Origin: the human T2T-CHM13v2.0 reference genome, Homo sapiens
Assembly (NCBI GenBank): GCA_009914755.4
Contig: CP068257.2
Span: forward strand, 33,536,001 to 33,600,000
DNA length: 64,000 nucleotides
Direction: 5' to 3'
The notes beneath the pieces are model-generated. The model saw only the letters and a program-made list of their open reading frames with translations, made no database searches and was not told where the DNA came from. Shown here one piece after another: positions 1 through 14,699 of this stretch (position 1 is its first letter; each line of letters opens with the position of its first letter). The position numbers and the translations under genes were made by a program.

Positions 1-1320
1 AAATAAATGACAACAACAGCAATAAGTTAGAAGGGAGTGAAAAGAAGTCTTTGCATTAACTGAGATGAGGCAAAGAGTACTGATTTATATCATATTTGAG
101 TAAGTCAGGAAAGCCAGCTGCAATCTCTAGGTAAGCTGTAAAAAAATACTGAAAGAGTGTTAACCATCACACTCATATTCTACTTCATAATCAAAATAGA
201 ATAAATTTTAAATATTCCATAAAAGCAAAAGAACACAAGGATGAAGAAAAAAGAAATATAGAAACAGGTAGAAGTAAAAAGCAAATAATAGAATAATAAA
301 TTATGCCCTAAATATATCAGTATTAATAGTAGCATAGTGATTGTAAACTGTGTTCTTAGGGACTGACAATAATACTAGCCATTAATTTGTTGAAGTAATA
401 CTGTCTGCTAACTACTTAACATGAAGTAACTCATTTAATCCTCAGAGTATTCATACCCAGCAAAGACTGTTATTATCCTCACTTTAAACATGAGGAAACA
501 TAGGCACAGAGAGGTTAAATAACTGTCCCAGGATTACCCAGCAGGTCTGGAGCACAGCTGGAGTTTGAAACCATGTGTTTAACTTTGAGTGTGATATTCT
601 AACCACCATGTTGTACTCGATGACCCTGCCTCTCCTGTGGTAGCACAAAGAAAGATCTAGACTTGTCTGCCATGAAAGAAAATAGATTGTTTCCGACTTC
701 AGGCATTTCCTTCAGATTAGATAATTAAGCCACCAACATATTTAAACTTAAAAAAAAAACATATCGAGAGAAGCTTGGTTGCCACGTATATTAAAAGCCT
801 TAAGAAATTTCATTCTTGGACGGAGCATTTGCACATTTCTGAAGGCATCCCAAGAACAAAATAAGCATAGAAAAATAAATAGATAAACAGAGATGCTCAT
901 TGCAGGCTTATCTGTGACAGTGAAAAGATCAAACGGTGTGAATGTATCATTAATGATGGCACATTTAGTGAAATAATATGTGGCTAGTAAAAGGGTATTA
1001 TAAGTAAAAGCAATATATATATATATACACACACACACATATATAAAATAAAAAGTTATATTAAGTGGAGGGGAAAGTAAACAAGAGAGCATATGCCAGA
1101 ATTATCACAAACTGGTACAATTCCCAATTCCTATGTATTCTTGACAAAAATCCTCAGAGGAGAAAAAGAACTATGCAAAATATTATACATTCTTGAAGGA
1201 AATACACTGAAATATTAGAACTGTAGCATGTATATTTGGGTTGCAGGATCAGAAATGCATTTGCACCTCTTTTTGTATTTCCCAGTTCTCCTTGGGGCTC
1301 GCATTAGGATTAACATGTAA

Positions 1321-1713
<393 letters not shown>

Positions 1714-2441
1714 TTAGAAAAGGACTCATTAACCAAAGAGGGCAGAGCTCCTGCTGCGATGTAACCTCTTCCCCCACCAAGTGGCTGAGGCTCACTCATC
1801 TTACCCTTTTGCCTCTAGTGTGGAAGGAACTGAAGATAAGGCCACATGGTTCCAGGCTGATGGAGCTCGGCAGTGTTCAGAAGCAGCTGCTTTAAGGAAA
1901 GACCTGCTCTGGGGCCTCATGGATGGCATGAGTAGAGAGGAAAGAGAACATTCGAGAAAAAAGACATCATCAACATATCCTATGTGAGGCCGATGCGTTC
2001 TTTGCAACTTCAAGTGATGTTTTTGTGGGATCATTAGTCTATCCATCTGTAGCCATGCATCCAGCAAATTCAGTATCTGTCACATGGAAACACTATGCTA
2101 GGGGCCCAGAGGGGAGAAAATGAGTTTAAGGAACAGATAAAGATTTTGTCCCAGATACCAATCAATCATGAAAAAGGGGACTTCACTCCCTTTGTTTACG
2201 AAGGTCCATTTCAGTTTCCCTGTCTACTGCACACATTATATCACTGAGATGTTTGGCTTTCCTGAGAATCGAAGAACCCACTGGAAAATAGTGATGTCAT
2301 TCTGAAGGTAGTTTCTCAAAGTGTAGTCTATGCAGGAAGGAGCGGAGGGACAGTAGCTCTTCTTTATCTCAAGGGTCCTTTTGTTGGACACTTTGAGGGG
2401 TCCTTGGTTAGGGTTGTTGTGAACTTGGCTGGGACAAAATA

Positions 2442-2483
2442 CATCTTTATTTTTACAAACTCCATCTTTATTTTTACAAACTC
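2442..2483. repeat. Perfect 2-copy tandem duplication of a 21-bp unit (catctttatttttacaaactc)
   Basis: Direct read: 2442-2462 and 2463-2483 are identical. Confidence 0.7.
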
Positions 2484-2563
2484 CTAACTCAAACATAGCA
2501 TTTTCTTCTATCATAAATATAGAAAAGAAATTGCAGTAGTATTAGAAATATGTGTAACTTTCA

Positions 2564-2869
<306 letters not shown>

Positions 2870-4234
2870 TCACCAGTTGATTGAAATAATGGATAGCTTC
2901 AAATCACATTATAGTGCTTACAAATGTACCAAAATATTGTGTATGCTCATCACTACCCTGAAATTACAGTCCTTGGGCTTGGAAATAGGTCATGTTATTT
3001 AATGAGTTTAATGAGTTAATAAAGAGTCATAACTGTTATTATTCACAATTTTTTAGAGAAGCATTTTGATAACTATATTAACCAAAATTCTCCAGAGAAA
3101 CAGAATGGTTGGCAAACTGGAGACTTAAAAGAGCTGACGGTGAAATGACTTTCCAGCCCAAAGGTAATCAGGCAGGAAGGATTTCCTCTTACTTGGGGGA
3201 GGGTCAACCTTTTGTTCTCTTCAGGCCTCAACTGATTGGATGAGGCCCCACTCACATCAGGGAGGGCAATCTACTTTACTCAGTCCATCAGTTTAAATAT
3301 TAAACCTATCCAAAAACGCCTTTACAGAAACACCCAGAATAATGTTTGACTAAATACCTGGGCATTCTGGGATCCAGTGAAGTTGACATAAAATTAACCA
3401 TTACAAGTCCACCTGTTGTTAACTTGGAACACATACTCATCTCCTTAAGATGTATTTAATTAATCACCACATGAAGACAGTAGCAAGTTTATAATTCTGC
3501 CTGACATGATACAGCTTTCCTGCTTACAATAAAAAATGTGCTAACCCTTTCCCAAGAGGAGGAGATAAAGCCCTTGAGTAATGTTTACTCTTCTCCTTGA
3601 TAGTCTGTACTCAAAAACAGTGATATAAAACCAATACATTATATATTTCATGATAAAGGAATAATAGAAGGAAGAAAACACAGAAATTTGCCCTATATCT
3701 GTGTGCACATACATACACACAAGTAAATTCAGAACAAAATAAGGAGGAAATATTCATGACAATTACAGTCTTCATTTCCATAACAGGTCATGTAACCGTA
3801 ACTGCTATTTACAACTCCCTTTTCCCACTATTCATTATGTATTCTCTTTGCCTTCAGCAATCAGATCAGCTAGTCATGGTTCTTTACTTGGTGGAATAAT
3901 CCAAGCCTTCATTCCAGAAGGGTCTGGGCCACTACTAGTCCTGCCTGAAGTGGGTGGTTGTAGTTTCTCATTGACCTTAATGACAAGGCGTGGTAATACT
4001 AAAGACACTCTAAGGGATCTCCTATGTTCCAAACATACTCTTCCTTCCCTCCAAGTGGTCCCATTTCCCCTTACTCGTCAGGATCAATCACCCCTACCAG
4101 CAGAGTAACTCTCTTCTATGCCTGTTCATTTAGCATTATGAGGAGTACAAAGTGGGAGAATGGCAATCTTAAGTTCCAGTTCAATGAAATCATTGTGTGT
4201 CTCCTGGTAGAAGCATTCTTCCCTTCCCAGGAGC

Positions 4235-4619
4235 TGATATGGTTTGGCTGTGTTTCCACCCAAATCTTATCTTGAATTGTAACTCAAGATGAGATTTGGG
4301 TGGGGACACAATTCCCATGTGTCATGGGAGGAACCCAGTGGGAGGTGATTAAATTATGAGCGGCGGGTCTTTCCTGCACTGTTCTTATGATAGTGAATGA
4401 GTCTCAGGAGATATGATGGTTTTAAAAATGGGAGTTTCCCTGCACAGGCTCTCTCTCTTTCTTTGCCTGCTGCCATCCATGTAAGATGTTACTTGCTCCT
4501 CCTTGCCTTCTGCCATGATTGTGAGGCCTCCCCAGCCATGTGGAACTGTGAGTCCATTAAACCTCTTTCTTTTTTAAATTGCCCAGTCTTTATTAGCAGT
4601 GTTAAAACAGACTAATACA
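4235..4619 (+). mobile_element. MaLR solo LTR (THE1/MST-like)
   Basis: Begins tgatatggtttggctgtgtttccacccaaatcttatcttgaattgta. Contains ccatgattgtgaggcctccccagccatgtggaactgtgagtccattaaacctctttc and ends gactaataca. This matches the THE1/MST consensus layout. Confidence 0.8.
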
Positions 4620-4699
4620 GTAAATGAGCTAAGACCTCTAGGCCAAAGGACATAAGGTCATCAGAGCAGAAAGCAAAGGTTTTACTAGTGGGTCACTAA

Positions 4700-5230
4700 G
4701 GCTAACAGTGAATGGTGCTATTTTCTCCCTTTGATTTGCAGGCCCATCAATTCTGGCTATGAGGAAAACAGGACCAGGTATTGGAAGCTGATTCAGAGCC
4801 TACACAGCCTTCTGGAGAATCTTACCCCAGCCCTACAAGATATTGCCACCTAGCTGACACTGTAACTGAGTCTTCAAAATGCCATTCCACTGTTTTACCA
4901 AACCAGTTGTTTCAAGATGGAGGGAAACATAAGACCAGTGAATTCCACGAGCATGGGCCCACTGCAGCACTTCATTTGCTGTGAAGTGAGTTCCTTGATC
5001 AGAAGCAGTTTTTTTATGGAATACCATGATGGTGGATAGGGCAATTCTTTAAGTCCATGGATGGTAGTTTTGGCCAGAAGCATTGCATGCAGGGAAGACA
5101 AATCTGTATCTATGCCATCTATTCCAGTAAGAAAAAACACTACTTCTTCCACGATGGAAGTGGTCCAATGTAATCAACCTGCCACCAGGTCAATCACCTG
5201 GTTGGTCTGACTTGGCAATAGGTCTTGATA
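4700..5230 (-). mobile_element. Endogenous-retrovirus pol relic (integrase core), frameshifted
   Basis: Minus-strand ORFs 4833-5027 and 4895-5152 read ...DQGTHFTANEVLQWAHARGIHWSYVSLHLETTGLVKQWNGILKTQL... and ...FLTGIDGIDTDLSSLHAMLLAKTTIHGLKELPYPPSW.... These are the conserved integrase motifs (GTxFTS...QxWA...GIxWxY..PE..GxxExWN..LK) split across two frames. Confidence 0.55.
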
Positions 5231-5333
5231 TTGAATGAGTCAATAAGGATACATAACTGTTACTATTCACAAATTTTAAGAAACTACTTTGACAGCTATA
5301 TTTCAATATAATTGCCTTTAACAGAACAAATCC

Positions 5334-5672
<339 letters not shown>

Positions 5673-7135
5673 CAAATTATTGGTAAAATACTGGATGTAT
5701 CTTGTCTTTGATTACAATTATAGATTAATTTAGAATGAGGCAATATCTTTTGTATTTTCTTACTGGCTAGGCAATCGGGAATAGTCTTCTATAAGTGGTG
5801 CTAACAAGACTATTTTATTTTTCTTTTCTCTCCACTCAGCCATGTCCCCAATATTTTGGACCTGAGGTATGAAAATAAGTACCTTATTTCTACTCCCCCC
5901 AATTGTTCTATTGAATCTAGTTCTACTGAAATAATTACATCTCTGTTGCTGCATTCCAATCATGAGCTTGATTGTAATCTCAGCATTTTAGGCACAGTAG
6001 AACAAGGAAGAGCTTTCCATCAGAAGTGATCGCAGGAGACACTGTTCATTAGTTCAACTACTATTTTTCAGAGCACACCCTGAAAGTCAGGAGTAATACC
6101 AGGTAATTTAGGGCTTCAAGAATGGATGAAACATGGCTACAACAGTAAAGGAGCTTAACCAAGCAAGAGAGACAGGCATGTAGAAGGCCCTGGGAACCCA
6201 GAAAATGGAGCAGGAGACTCTGTCTGGCACAAGGAAGGTGGCTTTATGGATGGAGGTACATTTACACCTGGTCTGTAAGAATGGGTATGGTTTCGCATAG
6301 TAGAAAAGGGACAAGGGAGAAAGACTGGATACAAAAGAAGGGGATTAGTGGTGGAGCAATTACAATTAGAGGAGGCAATAAAAGGAGTGGGGACATAGTG
6401 TATTTTAGAGACCACAACCAGTGTCTATGGAGCTAGAATAAAAATTATCCGGGTAAGAAGATGAAGTTAGGTGTTGCTGGAAAGGTAGGATGCCGTGGAG
6501 ACTGGACTTGGGATTTGACAACCAGTAACTGAAAGCCATCAATAACTTCTAGGCAGGGGAATAACATGATCAGATGCGTGTTAGAAAGATGACTCAGGAG
6601 ACCACATATTTAAGGAAAACAATGGAATCACAATATCCTGGGACCATTCTGAATTTGGGGAAACAAAGAGAGAGAGAGAGAAAGAAAAGAATCAAAGATA
6701 CCTTTTGAATGTCTAGCTTAGGTGAGAGGTTTGGTGGTGACATCCCTAATGGGGGAAAGGTCAAGTTAGAGGCAGAGAATCAAGGTCTGGAGATCTAGAG
6801 AGATCCTGAGTCTGGGAAAATAAAGGTATGAGTCATCTACATGGAAGTGATAGTTAAAGCTATGGGAATGAAGGAGCTTTCCTGGGAGAACGTCTAGACT
6901 TGTGATGTGAAGAGCCTTGAGGACAAAACCCGGGGGAGCACTAACGGGTAAGAGTGGTGCCAAGAAAGATGAGTCAGTGAGGGAAACAAGGAGAGGAGGC
7001 AGAGGATCCTACGGAGAATCAAGAAATGCTATAAGAAATTAGGAGGCAAACTCAGAGCAGCAAGGTGGGTGGGAGAATTGCAATAAGAGCTTCCAAAGTG
7101 GTTGTGGAAGCTAAGATTAGAAATTTGAATTCTGG

Positions 7136-7470
<335 letters not shown>

Positions 7471-8281
7471 GAAATTTGAATTCTGGAGGTGAAGTGACAT
7501 TGTCCACATAGGACAACATCCGGGTGCTGTTGTGGGAAATGTTGAGCTGAGATGTAGGTGAAAAGATCTAGCAATTCAAAGTCAAGGGTGATTCAGTTCC
7601 TCCAAGAAGAGGTTTACAGGAGGTTATGCACTGCTTGAGAGGAGCACATAGATGAGATGACAAGTCACTTGCTTTCAGAGGCCTGCAGACCAAGGTGGCA
7701 CCTGCATTTTCCCCACAATGGAGTGGCAAGATGAAGAAAGACCCTCCAACATGAAAGTTTGTTTTCGGGTTGGTTTATTGCAATATTGCAGTTGGTGCTC
7801 CTTGTGACTGTGAGATAGTCAAGGCTAGCGAAAGGTAATATACCCAAGGTAGAGTTTGTTCAAATCTATTTGGTTAGATATGGGCCAAGCCATAGCCTTG
7901 GCTTCCTGACCACTAAGCTCTCAGCCACCTAAGAAGCCGTCTTCTTCTGAAGCCCATTCCTATCAAGAGCCTATTCCTATCATTTGGTACGACGGTGAGC
8001 TATCCGGGGACACGCATGAAGAGGCAAATCTCTTCCCAAGCTCCATCTTCTGTAGAAGCCAAGCTTCTGGTCCTGCTCTTATCTTTTTCATGAACATTCG
8101 CCAGTCCCTGCTGTCACTCTTGCTCCCCACAGTCTCCATCTGGCCCCTCAGCCAGGTTCCCTTTGAAATGTAAGTTATATTGTAGCACTCCCCTGCTTAA
8201 AACTCTATTGTGGTTTCCCATCATGCTTAGACTAAAGCTGAGGGTCAAGGCCATGATCTAAAGGCCTTGCCATAATCTGTA

Positions 8282-8519
8282 GCAGTGGATCTCAATGTAG
8301 GGTGATTTCACATCCACCCCCAAGATACCTGGCAATGTCTGGAGACATTTTTGGCCGTCACAATTTGTGGGGAGAGGTTGCTAATAGCATCTAGTGGGTA
8401 TAGGCCAGGGATGCTGCTAGCATTCTACAGTACACAGGACTCGCCACCAGCTACAATGACAAACAATTATCCAGCCCCAAATGCCAATGGTGCCAAGGCA
8501 GGAAGACCCTGCCCTACAG
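8282..8519 (+). mobile_element. Non-autonomous hAT-type DNA transposon relic (MER3-like)
   Basis: gcagtggatctcaatg...cctggcaatgtctggagacatttttggccgtcacaatttgtggggagaggttgctaatagcatctagtgggtataggccagggatgctgctagcattctacagtacacagga...ccccaaatgccaatggtgccaaggcaggaagaccctg. This matches my memory of the MER3 consensus (cagcggttctcaacc...gccgaggttgagaaaccctg), including inverted termini. The family name is from memory. Confidence 0.5.
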
Positions 8520-8599
8520 GGCCCTCATACTCTGGTCCTGCCTATCCTGCGTACCCTCGCTGATGCATTCCTCCTGGGTCACTCTCATCCTGGCCAGTC

Positions 8600-8960
8600 A
8601 TGCTTTCCTCAGATGCACCATTGCTACCTTAGGACATTTTGTACCTTCTTCCTCTGATGCCTCCCCTAAATGTTCTCCAGGCTTGCCCCTTCTCACTATG
8701 CAGGTTTCTGCCAAAACGCTGCTCCTTAAGGCTTTCTCCAATTCTATAATCTAAACTAGCTCCTCCTCTCCCACTGCCCTCCTGCTTTCTTCACAGCACT
8801 TTGATCATCTGAAATGCTATGACTTAATGGCCTCGTTCTGTCTTTATCATCTGTCTTCTTTGCTGGGAGGTGAGCTCCCTGAGAGCACGGCTTTGTCCCA
8901 TCCCCAGAGCAGCACCAGCACTTGGTCACTCAAGAGATAGCTACCAATTAAGTAAAGGGA
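8600..8960 (+). mobile_element. Ancient LINE2/MIR-type 3'-end relic (degraded)
   Basis: ...ctcctctcccactgccctcctgctttcttcacagcactttgatcatctgaaatgctat...tgtctttatcatctgtcttctttgctgggaggtgagctccctgagagcacggctttgtcccatccccagagcagcaccagcacttggtcactcaagag resembles the L2 3'-end consensus (ccctgctttattt..cacttatcac..ctgacat...ctagaatgtaagctccatgagggcagggac...tatccccagcacctagaacagtgcctggcac). The match is loose. Confidence 0.3.
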
Positions 8961-10829
8961 AGAATGCCTGTCTGGGGCCTGGCTCCCTAAGATGCTGATC
9001 CTGGGGTGCAATGACAGGTGATCCCTGACTCTCTTAATACTCATCCAACAAGGACTCTTCAATTCGATTTTGAAGCTGTTTGGCCTTACATTTGCCTAAC
9101 ACCCACCCAACACAGCATAGGAAGGCCATTGGATCCAAAGGGTTACAAGTCATAGGACCAAATGCCAGGCATCTTGGATGAGCCTGCTTTGGTCAAAGAA
9201 CCTTCACTGCATTCTCCTTCACTCTGGACTTTGGGTTTTCCCATTCATGGGTTGGGTAGCATGACCAACCTCAAACACTAGATTCAAGTGCAATTTCCAA
9301 CCTTGTTTGGACTGTATCACGCAAAGCACACGCATGCATGAGAGTACACGTACAGGGTCACAGACATGTTATCATATAGGGCATAGATCCTCTTTTAGCA
9401 AGCCAACCACAGTGTTGGTCAAACTATTTCTATTACAACATAAATGCAACTCAAATAGAAGCAAGTCTCTGTAGTCTGAGAGTTGGGGAGAGGTGAGCCT
9501 GGTGGAAGCTCTTCAGAGTGTCCCACGGGAACCTAGTGTTCCTAAGCAGGGTAGGTTTGGGGTTCAATTTAATTCATTTACAGTGGAAACATTTTACAGC
9601 ATCGCATGAAGTTTTCTTTTATAAAGTAAATTTCGAACCCACCCATCCTCATAACTTCTGATCTCCTGTCAGTACCAGTTTTCTTTTTTTTTTCTTTTCT
9701 TTCTTTCTGAAGAGAGGTCTCCCTAGGGTAAAAAGTAAAAACAGCTTTTCCTGGAAAAGTTCATGCTACCCTCATTTACCTTTTGCATAACAAAAGCCCA
9801 GACTCTAATTCTGAATAGCTGTTTTGTGTAGTTGAACCAGGTGTCCCGCTTGGAGAGACTGAACATTGGAAGTCAGAGAAATGCCAATTTGCTGTGTTTC
9901 AAAATACTTTGTTTCAATTGCTGCCAAAGCCTGGGGCAAAATGCTATAATCTATTTCCAGTTGTAGCTTTTCAGCTGGCTCAGCCTATTTTTTAAAAAAT
10001 TTATTAACATGCCCAAGTGACAGTATCACTTATTAACCTTATTGATCTGGGAAAAATTTTGTTAACTATAAAACATATTCATTATTTGGGGTTAGTACTA
10101 GTGACTTCTTGACAGCAAAACATCCAAGTCTTAGAAGGTGAAAACTGATTTATAAATACATAGCAAACATGCTAATTAAAATACATCAGTGATGTATGTC
10201 TATAGATTAAATAATCAGATGATATTAAGTGAAACGGAGAAAGGCACGTTGCCACTGTATTTGAGGTAGACTACTGACACATCTGATTACAACATATTTT
10301 CAATTTAGAGTGTGAGAGAGACATTCTACCATTGTTAGTCACATCACATCTGGTCGATCCAGTCCTATATTTTTCTGAATGTGCCACATTTGCAAAGAAA
10401 GATCTTAAGGAAAAGGCAGCATATGGTTTGCTAACTACCAGAGACATGAAAGGCTTTCAGATAAATGCATAAGTCTCATTCATTCAACAAATATTTTCTG
10501 AGGATTTACTAGGGGCTAGGTATGATTGCAGATGCTGAGTCTGCAAAGTAAACATATATACTTATGTGAACACAGTATTCAGCACCTGGGGCCCTGCACT
10601 GGGATTTTATCAGAATTCTTAGACAGCATTTGGATAAGCTTATTCCTCATAGATCTCTGCTTTCTCTCTCCAAAGGATGAAGCTGAAGACTGGAGAAGTG
10701 TATACAATGGAAAGGAATGGGATCTGTAGTCAAAGATGTGGAATCAAACTTTGACACTTGACAAACTGAGTTGGCCAAATGGTTTTACATCCTTGAGTCT
10801 CAGGATCCTTCTTTATAAAGTAACCCAAC

Positions 10830-11510
10830 CTCATCAGGGTGGAGTCATGGCAAAACAAGGTAGGGTATATACATTGCTGGTGGAATGCAAAGTGGTACAG
10901 CCACAGTGGAAAACAGTTTGATGGTTCTTACAAGAGTTAAAGCTACCATACGACCCAGAAATTCCACTCCTACCTACATACTGAAAAGAATTAAAGACAG
11001 ATGCTCAAACAAATACAGGTACTCCTATGTTCACAGCAGCATTATTCACAAGAGACAAGAGATGAAAACAACCCGAACGCCCAATAATAGATGAATGGAT
11101 AAAGAAAATGTGGTATATACAGACAATGGTGTATTATTCAGCCCTAAAAAGGAATGAAATTTGGATACATGCTACAACGTGGACGTACCTCAAAAACATT
11201 ACACCCAGCAAAAGAAGCCAGATGCAAAAGACCACATACTGCATGATTCTATTTATATGAAATATCTAGAATAGGAAAATCCACAGGAACAGAGAGTAGA
11301 TTGGTGGTTGCCATAGGCTGCGGGAGAGGGAATAAGGAGTGATTTTTCATGGCCACAGAGTTCCTTTCAGGTGATGCAACTGTTTTGCAAGTAGATAGAG
11401 GTAGTGGTTGTACAACATCGTGAATGTACTAAGTGCCATTGAAATGTTCACTTTTAAAATGATCAAGATTATTTTTGAATTTCATCTGAGTTGAAAAAAA
11501 AATGAGTGTA
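10830..11510 (+). mobile_element. L1 LINE 3' fragment (older L1M/L1P type): ORF2 C-terminus plus 3' UTR plus poly-A
   Basis: Sense ORF2 C-terminal motifs are readable: ...gaatgcaaagtggtacagccacagtggaaaacagtttg..aattccactcctacctacatactgaaaagaattaaag..cagcattattcacaagagacaagagatgaaaacaacccgaacgcccaataatagatgaatggataaagaaaatgtggtatatacagacaatggtgtattattcagccctaaaaaggaatgaaat.. The element ends in gttgaaaaaaaaatgag. Confidence 0.75.
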
Positions 11511-11629
11511 TATGAAAATATTCCTTATATGTTTTTAGTGACTTACCCAGGGTCACTCAGGTGGTTGGAAGCTGGGTGGATAAAAGGCTATGTAGAGAGG
11601 TCAGAGGGAGTCTGAATCTTCTAGTGACT

Positions 11630-12235
11630 CATTCTATTTATTTATTAATAATCGAGCAATAAACCTATATATTTGTGAACATCATGATGCTTTGATACAT
11701 GTATCCCTTGTGGAATGGCTAAATCAAGCTAATTAACATATGCATCACCCTACTTATCATATTTTTTGGTAGTGAGAACACTTGGTATTTACACTTTCAG
11801 CAATTTTTATGTATAAAACATACTGTTATTGACTAGAGTCACCATGCTGCACAATAGATCTCCAGAACTGATTCCTGCTGTCTAACAGAAATTTTGTATC
11901 CTTTGACCATCATGTTTCCCAACCCTCATCCCCAGCCTCTGGAAACCACCATTCCACTCTGTGCTTCTACGAGTTTGACTTTTTCAGATTCCACATATGA
12001 GTGAGATCATGTGGTATTTGTCTGTCTGTGCCTGGCTTATTTCACTTAACACAATGTTCTCTCTTTTTTAAGGCTGCATAGTATTCCACTGGGTACATAT
12101 ACCACATTTTCTTTATCCATTGATGAATCTTTAGGTCGATCTCCTAACTTGGCCATTGTAAATAATGCTACAATGAGCGTGGGGGTGCAGGCATCTCTCT
12201 GACATACCAATTTTATATCCATCTAGTGACTCTTT
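11630..12235 (-). mobile_element. L1 LINE 3' fragment (older L1P/L1M), antisense: 3' UTR plus ORF2 C-terminus
   Basis: Reverse complement of an L1 3' UTR and ORF2 end: ...catcatgatgctttgatacatgtatcc..ggctaaatcaagctaattaacatatgcatcacc..ggtagtgagaacacttggtatttacactttcagcaatttt...ccacatatgagtgagatcatgtggtatttgtctgtctgtgcctggcttatttcacttaacacaatg...aaggctgcatagtattccactgggtacatataccacattttctttatccattgatgaatctttaggtcg. Confidence 0.75.
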
Positions 12236-12995
12236 CCTGACAGAGAAAAACTTTTCTCTGAACCTCCCCCAAATTTTCCTTCAGGTCTCACTGGCCAAAA
12301 CGAGGTCACATGACTATACCTAAATCAGTCATGACAGACAAATGGAGGGGGTTGTCGTTAGACCAGTCAGGCGTGGCTAATCCCTTTGCACCCATATGGT
12401 GGCCAAGTGTGTGTACTTAGGAGGCACACATTTTGTGCTGTGGAGAAAGGCTGAACTTCCTCACAAAGACTCAGAAACACTTGGCAAATCTAAAGGACAG
12501 TCAAGAAGGAGACATAAAACAGATACAAAACTGGATACAAAATATGGTGACTGCGTTAAGAAGACCTCCCATTGGAGACAGCTTTACAGAAGAGATGAGA
12601 GTAGGAGAATGATTTAGGGAGAGAGGTGGGTGGTGAATACAGTGGGCCCTTGAGGAGAAAACACCTGGGAAGTCCTGGCTTGCAACTCCTACTCTGGAGG
12701 TGACCCTGGAAAAGTCTGGATTTACCCTGAATGAACCGAACTCTCCCCGAGCTTCATTTTTCTTATCTGTGAAAAAAGGGTAGAGACGCCTTCCTCACAG
12801 AGACACTGAAAGAATTATACTCGGAGATGGAAAAAAAATACTGCCTAATTTATGGTAAGATTAGAGACTGTTTAGTCTCTAGTCTTGACTGTCATCCCAA
12901 AATGACATGATTAAAGATGGGTTTTCACTTTATAATAAATATTGTTTAGTAATAGATTAATAAACCGACGGGCTTGAAAACAGTTCAAATATATT

Positions 12996-13132
12996 GAAAG
13001 AATAAAAGAAAAGAAAGAAAGAAAAAGAGTGAGAGAGAAAGAGAGAGAGAGAAGGAGGGAGGGAGGGAAGGAAGGGGGAAGGGAAGAAAGAAAGAAGGAA
13101 CGAAGGAAGGAAGGAAAAGAAATTATCCCTTG
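12996..13132. repeat. Purine-rich compound microsatellite (GAAA/GA/GGGA/GGAA)n
   Basis: gaaagaataaaagaaaagaaagaaagaaaaagagtgagagagaaagagagagagagaaggagggagggagggaaggaagggggaagggaagaaagaaagaaggaacgaaggaaggaaggaaaag. It is the source of the minus-strand ORF 12957-13211. Confidence 0.9.
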
Positions 13133-14699
13133 AATGCCTGACTACCTTCACACCTAACATAATCGGAAGCAGAAATTCTGATTGGACGCTGAGTTCCTCA
13201 AAATCCCCCAAATGGAGTAATCACTGTTGGTTCCCTGCCCAGCTCCAACAGCACCCTGCCATCCTTAGAAATCTCCAACACATACACCATAGACTTGGCT
13301 CGGAACCACTCTTCAGGGTATTCATTTCTTGGTTCCTTATGGCCAGGACTGGACACATAATTTTCAGGACCCACTGCAAAATCGAAGCCCCTTGTTGAAA
13401 AAGAATTAAGGATCTCAAGGTGGTGACAGGGGAACATTAACCCGAGTGTGGACCCTTCTAAGCATGGGGCCTCCTGTTACTGATCAGGTCACCTGTTCAT
13501 GAAGCCAGCCCTGGCTACTCCCTACAGGTGAGAGATACAAATTCCTTAGCACGACATCCAGGGCTCTTCAGAAGGGGACCCCAGCCCCTCGTGAACACCT
13601 CACAGCTTCTATAATGTTTCCCTACTTGAGGGCCTTTGCACGTGCCCCTCTCAGGGTCAGGGGTGTGCATCCTCTCTGTTCCATCATCACACCCTCCACA
13701 CCCACCCAGCTCCTCCAAACCCTTAACCCATCTTGCTCCACTCCCTAGCCCCACACTCCTTAGGCAGAATCTGGTTCCCTAGAGTCCCCACTAAGCATTT
13801 GTCTCATGGCACTTAAACCAGATTTTTTATACCTTGGTCTCTTCCTATAAGAAGATGAGCTCCTTGAGTTCAGGGAATATTCTCTCCTTCTGTGACCCTG
13901 GCCTTCTCTCACGCAGTGTCTGCTGTCTGGGTTCATGAATGAGTGTAGGGCTAACCGCCTGCCTCAATGGCAGTAGATTGGACCATTCACACTCAGACAT
14001 GATCCTGGCCAGAACCTCTTGAGTCTATCGGCTGTCCCAACCTTGCCTCTGATGTTGTGTGGCTCCTTACCTCATTCCTCCCCCTTTTACTTGGTTTTAA
14101 GCTGCAGGGATGATAGTGCCTCTCAGATCTCAACTCTAGGCATTCACATGCCCATTATCGAGTGACTTAGTTTGAATTCCTCTAAAAGCAGACCCAAAGA
14201 AAAAGATTTGGGCCAAGTATTTTATTTGGCGGGTGATGCCAGGAAGCACTGTGAGGGAGCAGGGAACTGAGAAAGTAGAGGGTGGAAAGCTACAAAGAGA
14301 CACCTTGATTAGTACGTTCCATTTTAGGCAAATAGGACTCAGGCCTGCTGGGGACCCTCTGAAAATTTTTGGTGAACCCAGTCCAAGTGATCCTAACCAG
14401 AGGTGAAGAAACTGGGGTATTTATTTGCAACTGCTGCCTCTCATTGGTAATAGGTCACTCTAGGAACTTGCTGGCACTTCCAGTCTGTTCTATACCTGGG
14501 TGTGTGTCTGTGGTCAGAGGATGCCCTCAGCCAGGAGATGCAAGAGGCTATCCACATGGCTGCTGGCAGCCACTGAGATAGACTGCAGGGAAATGGGTGG
14601 GCCAGTGATGGCATCTGCTATGAAGAGGAATGGCAGTTAAAAATCCTTGGCAAAAATGTTCTGCTCGGATCATGAAACTTAGCCAGCGCATCAATGACC

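Noticed and set aside
10830-12235. Tail-to-tail L1 pieces (plus strand 10830-11510, minus strand 11630-12235) as a second twin-priming inversion
   Set aside because: Both pieces include the L1 3' terminus itself (UTR end and A-tail). They are therefore two independent insertions of the same L1 region and not one inverted element. About 120 bp of non-L1 sequence separates them.
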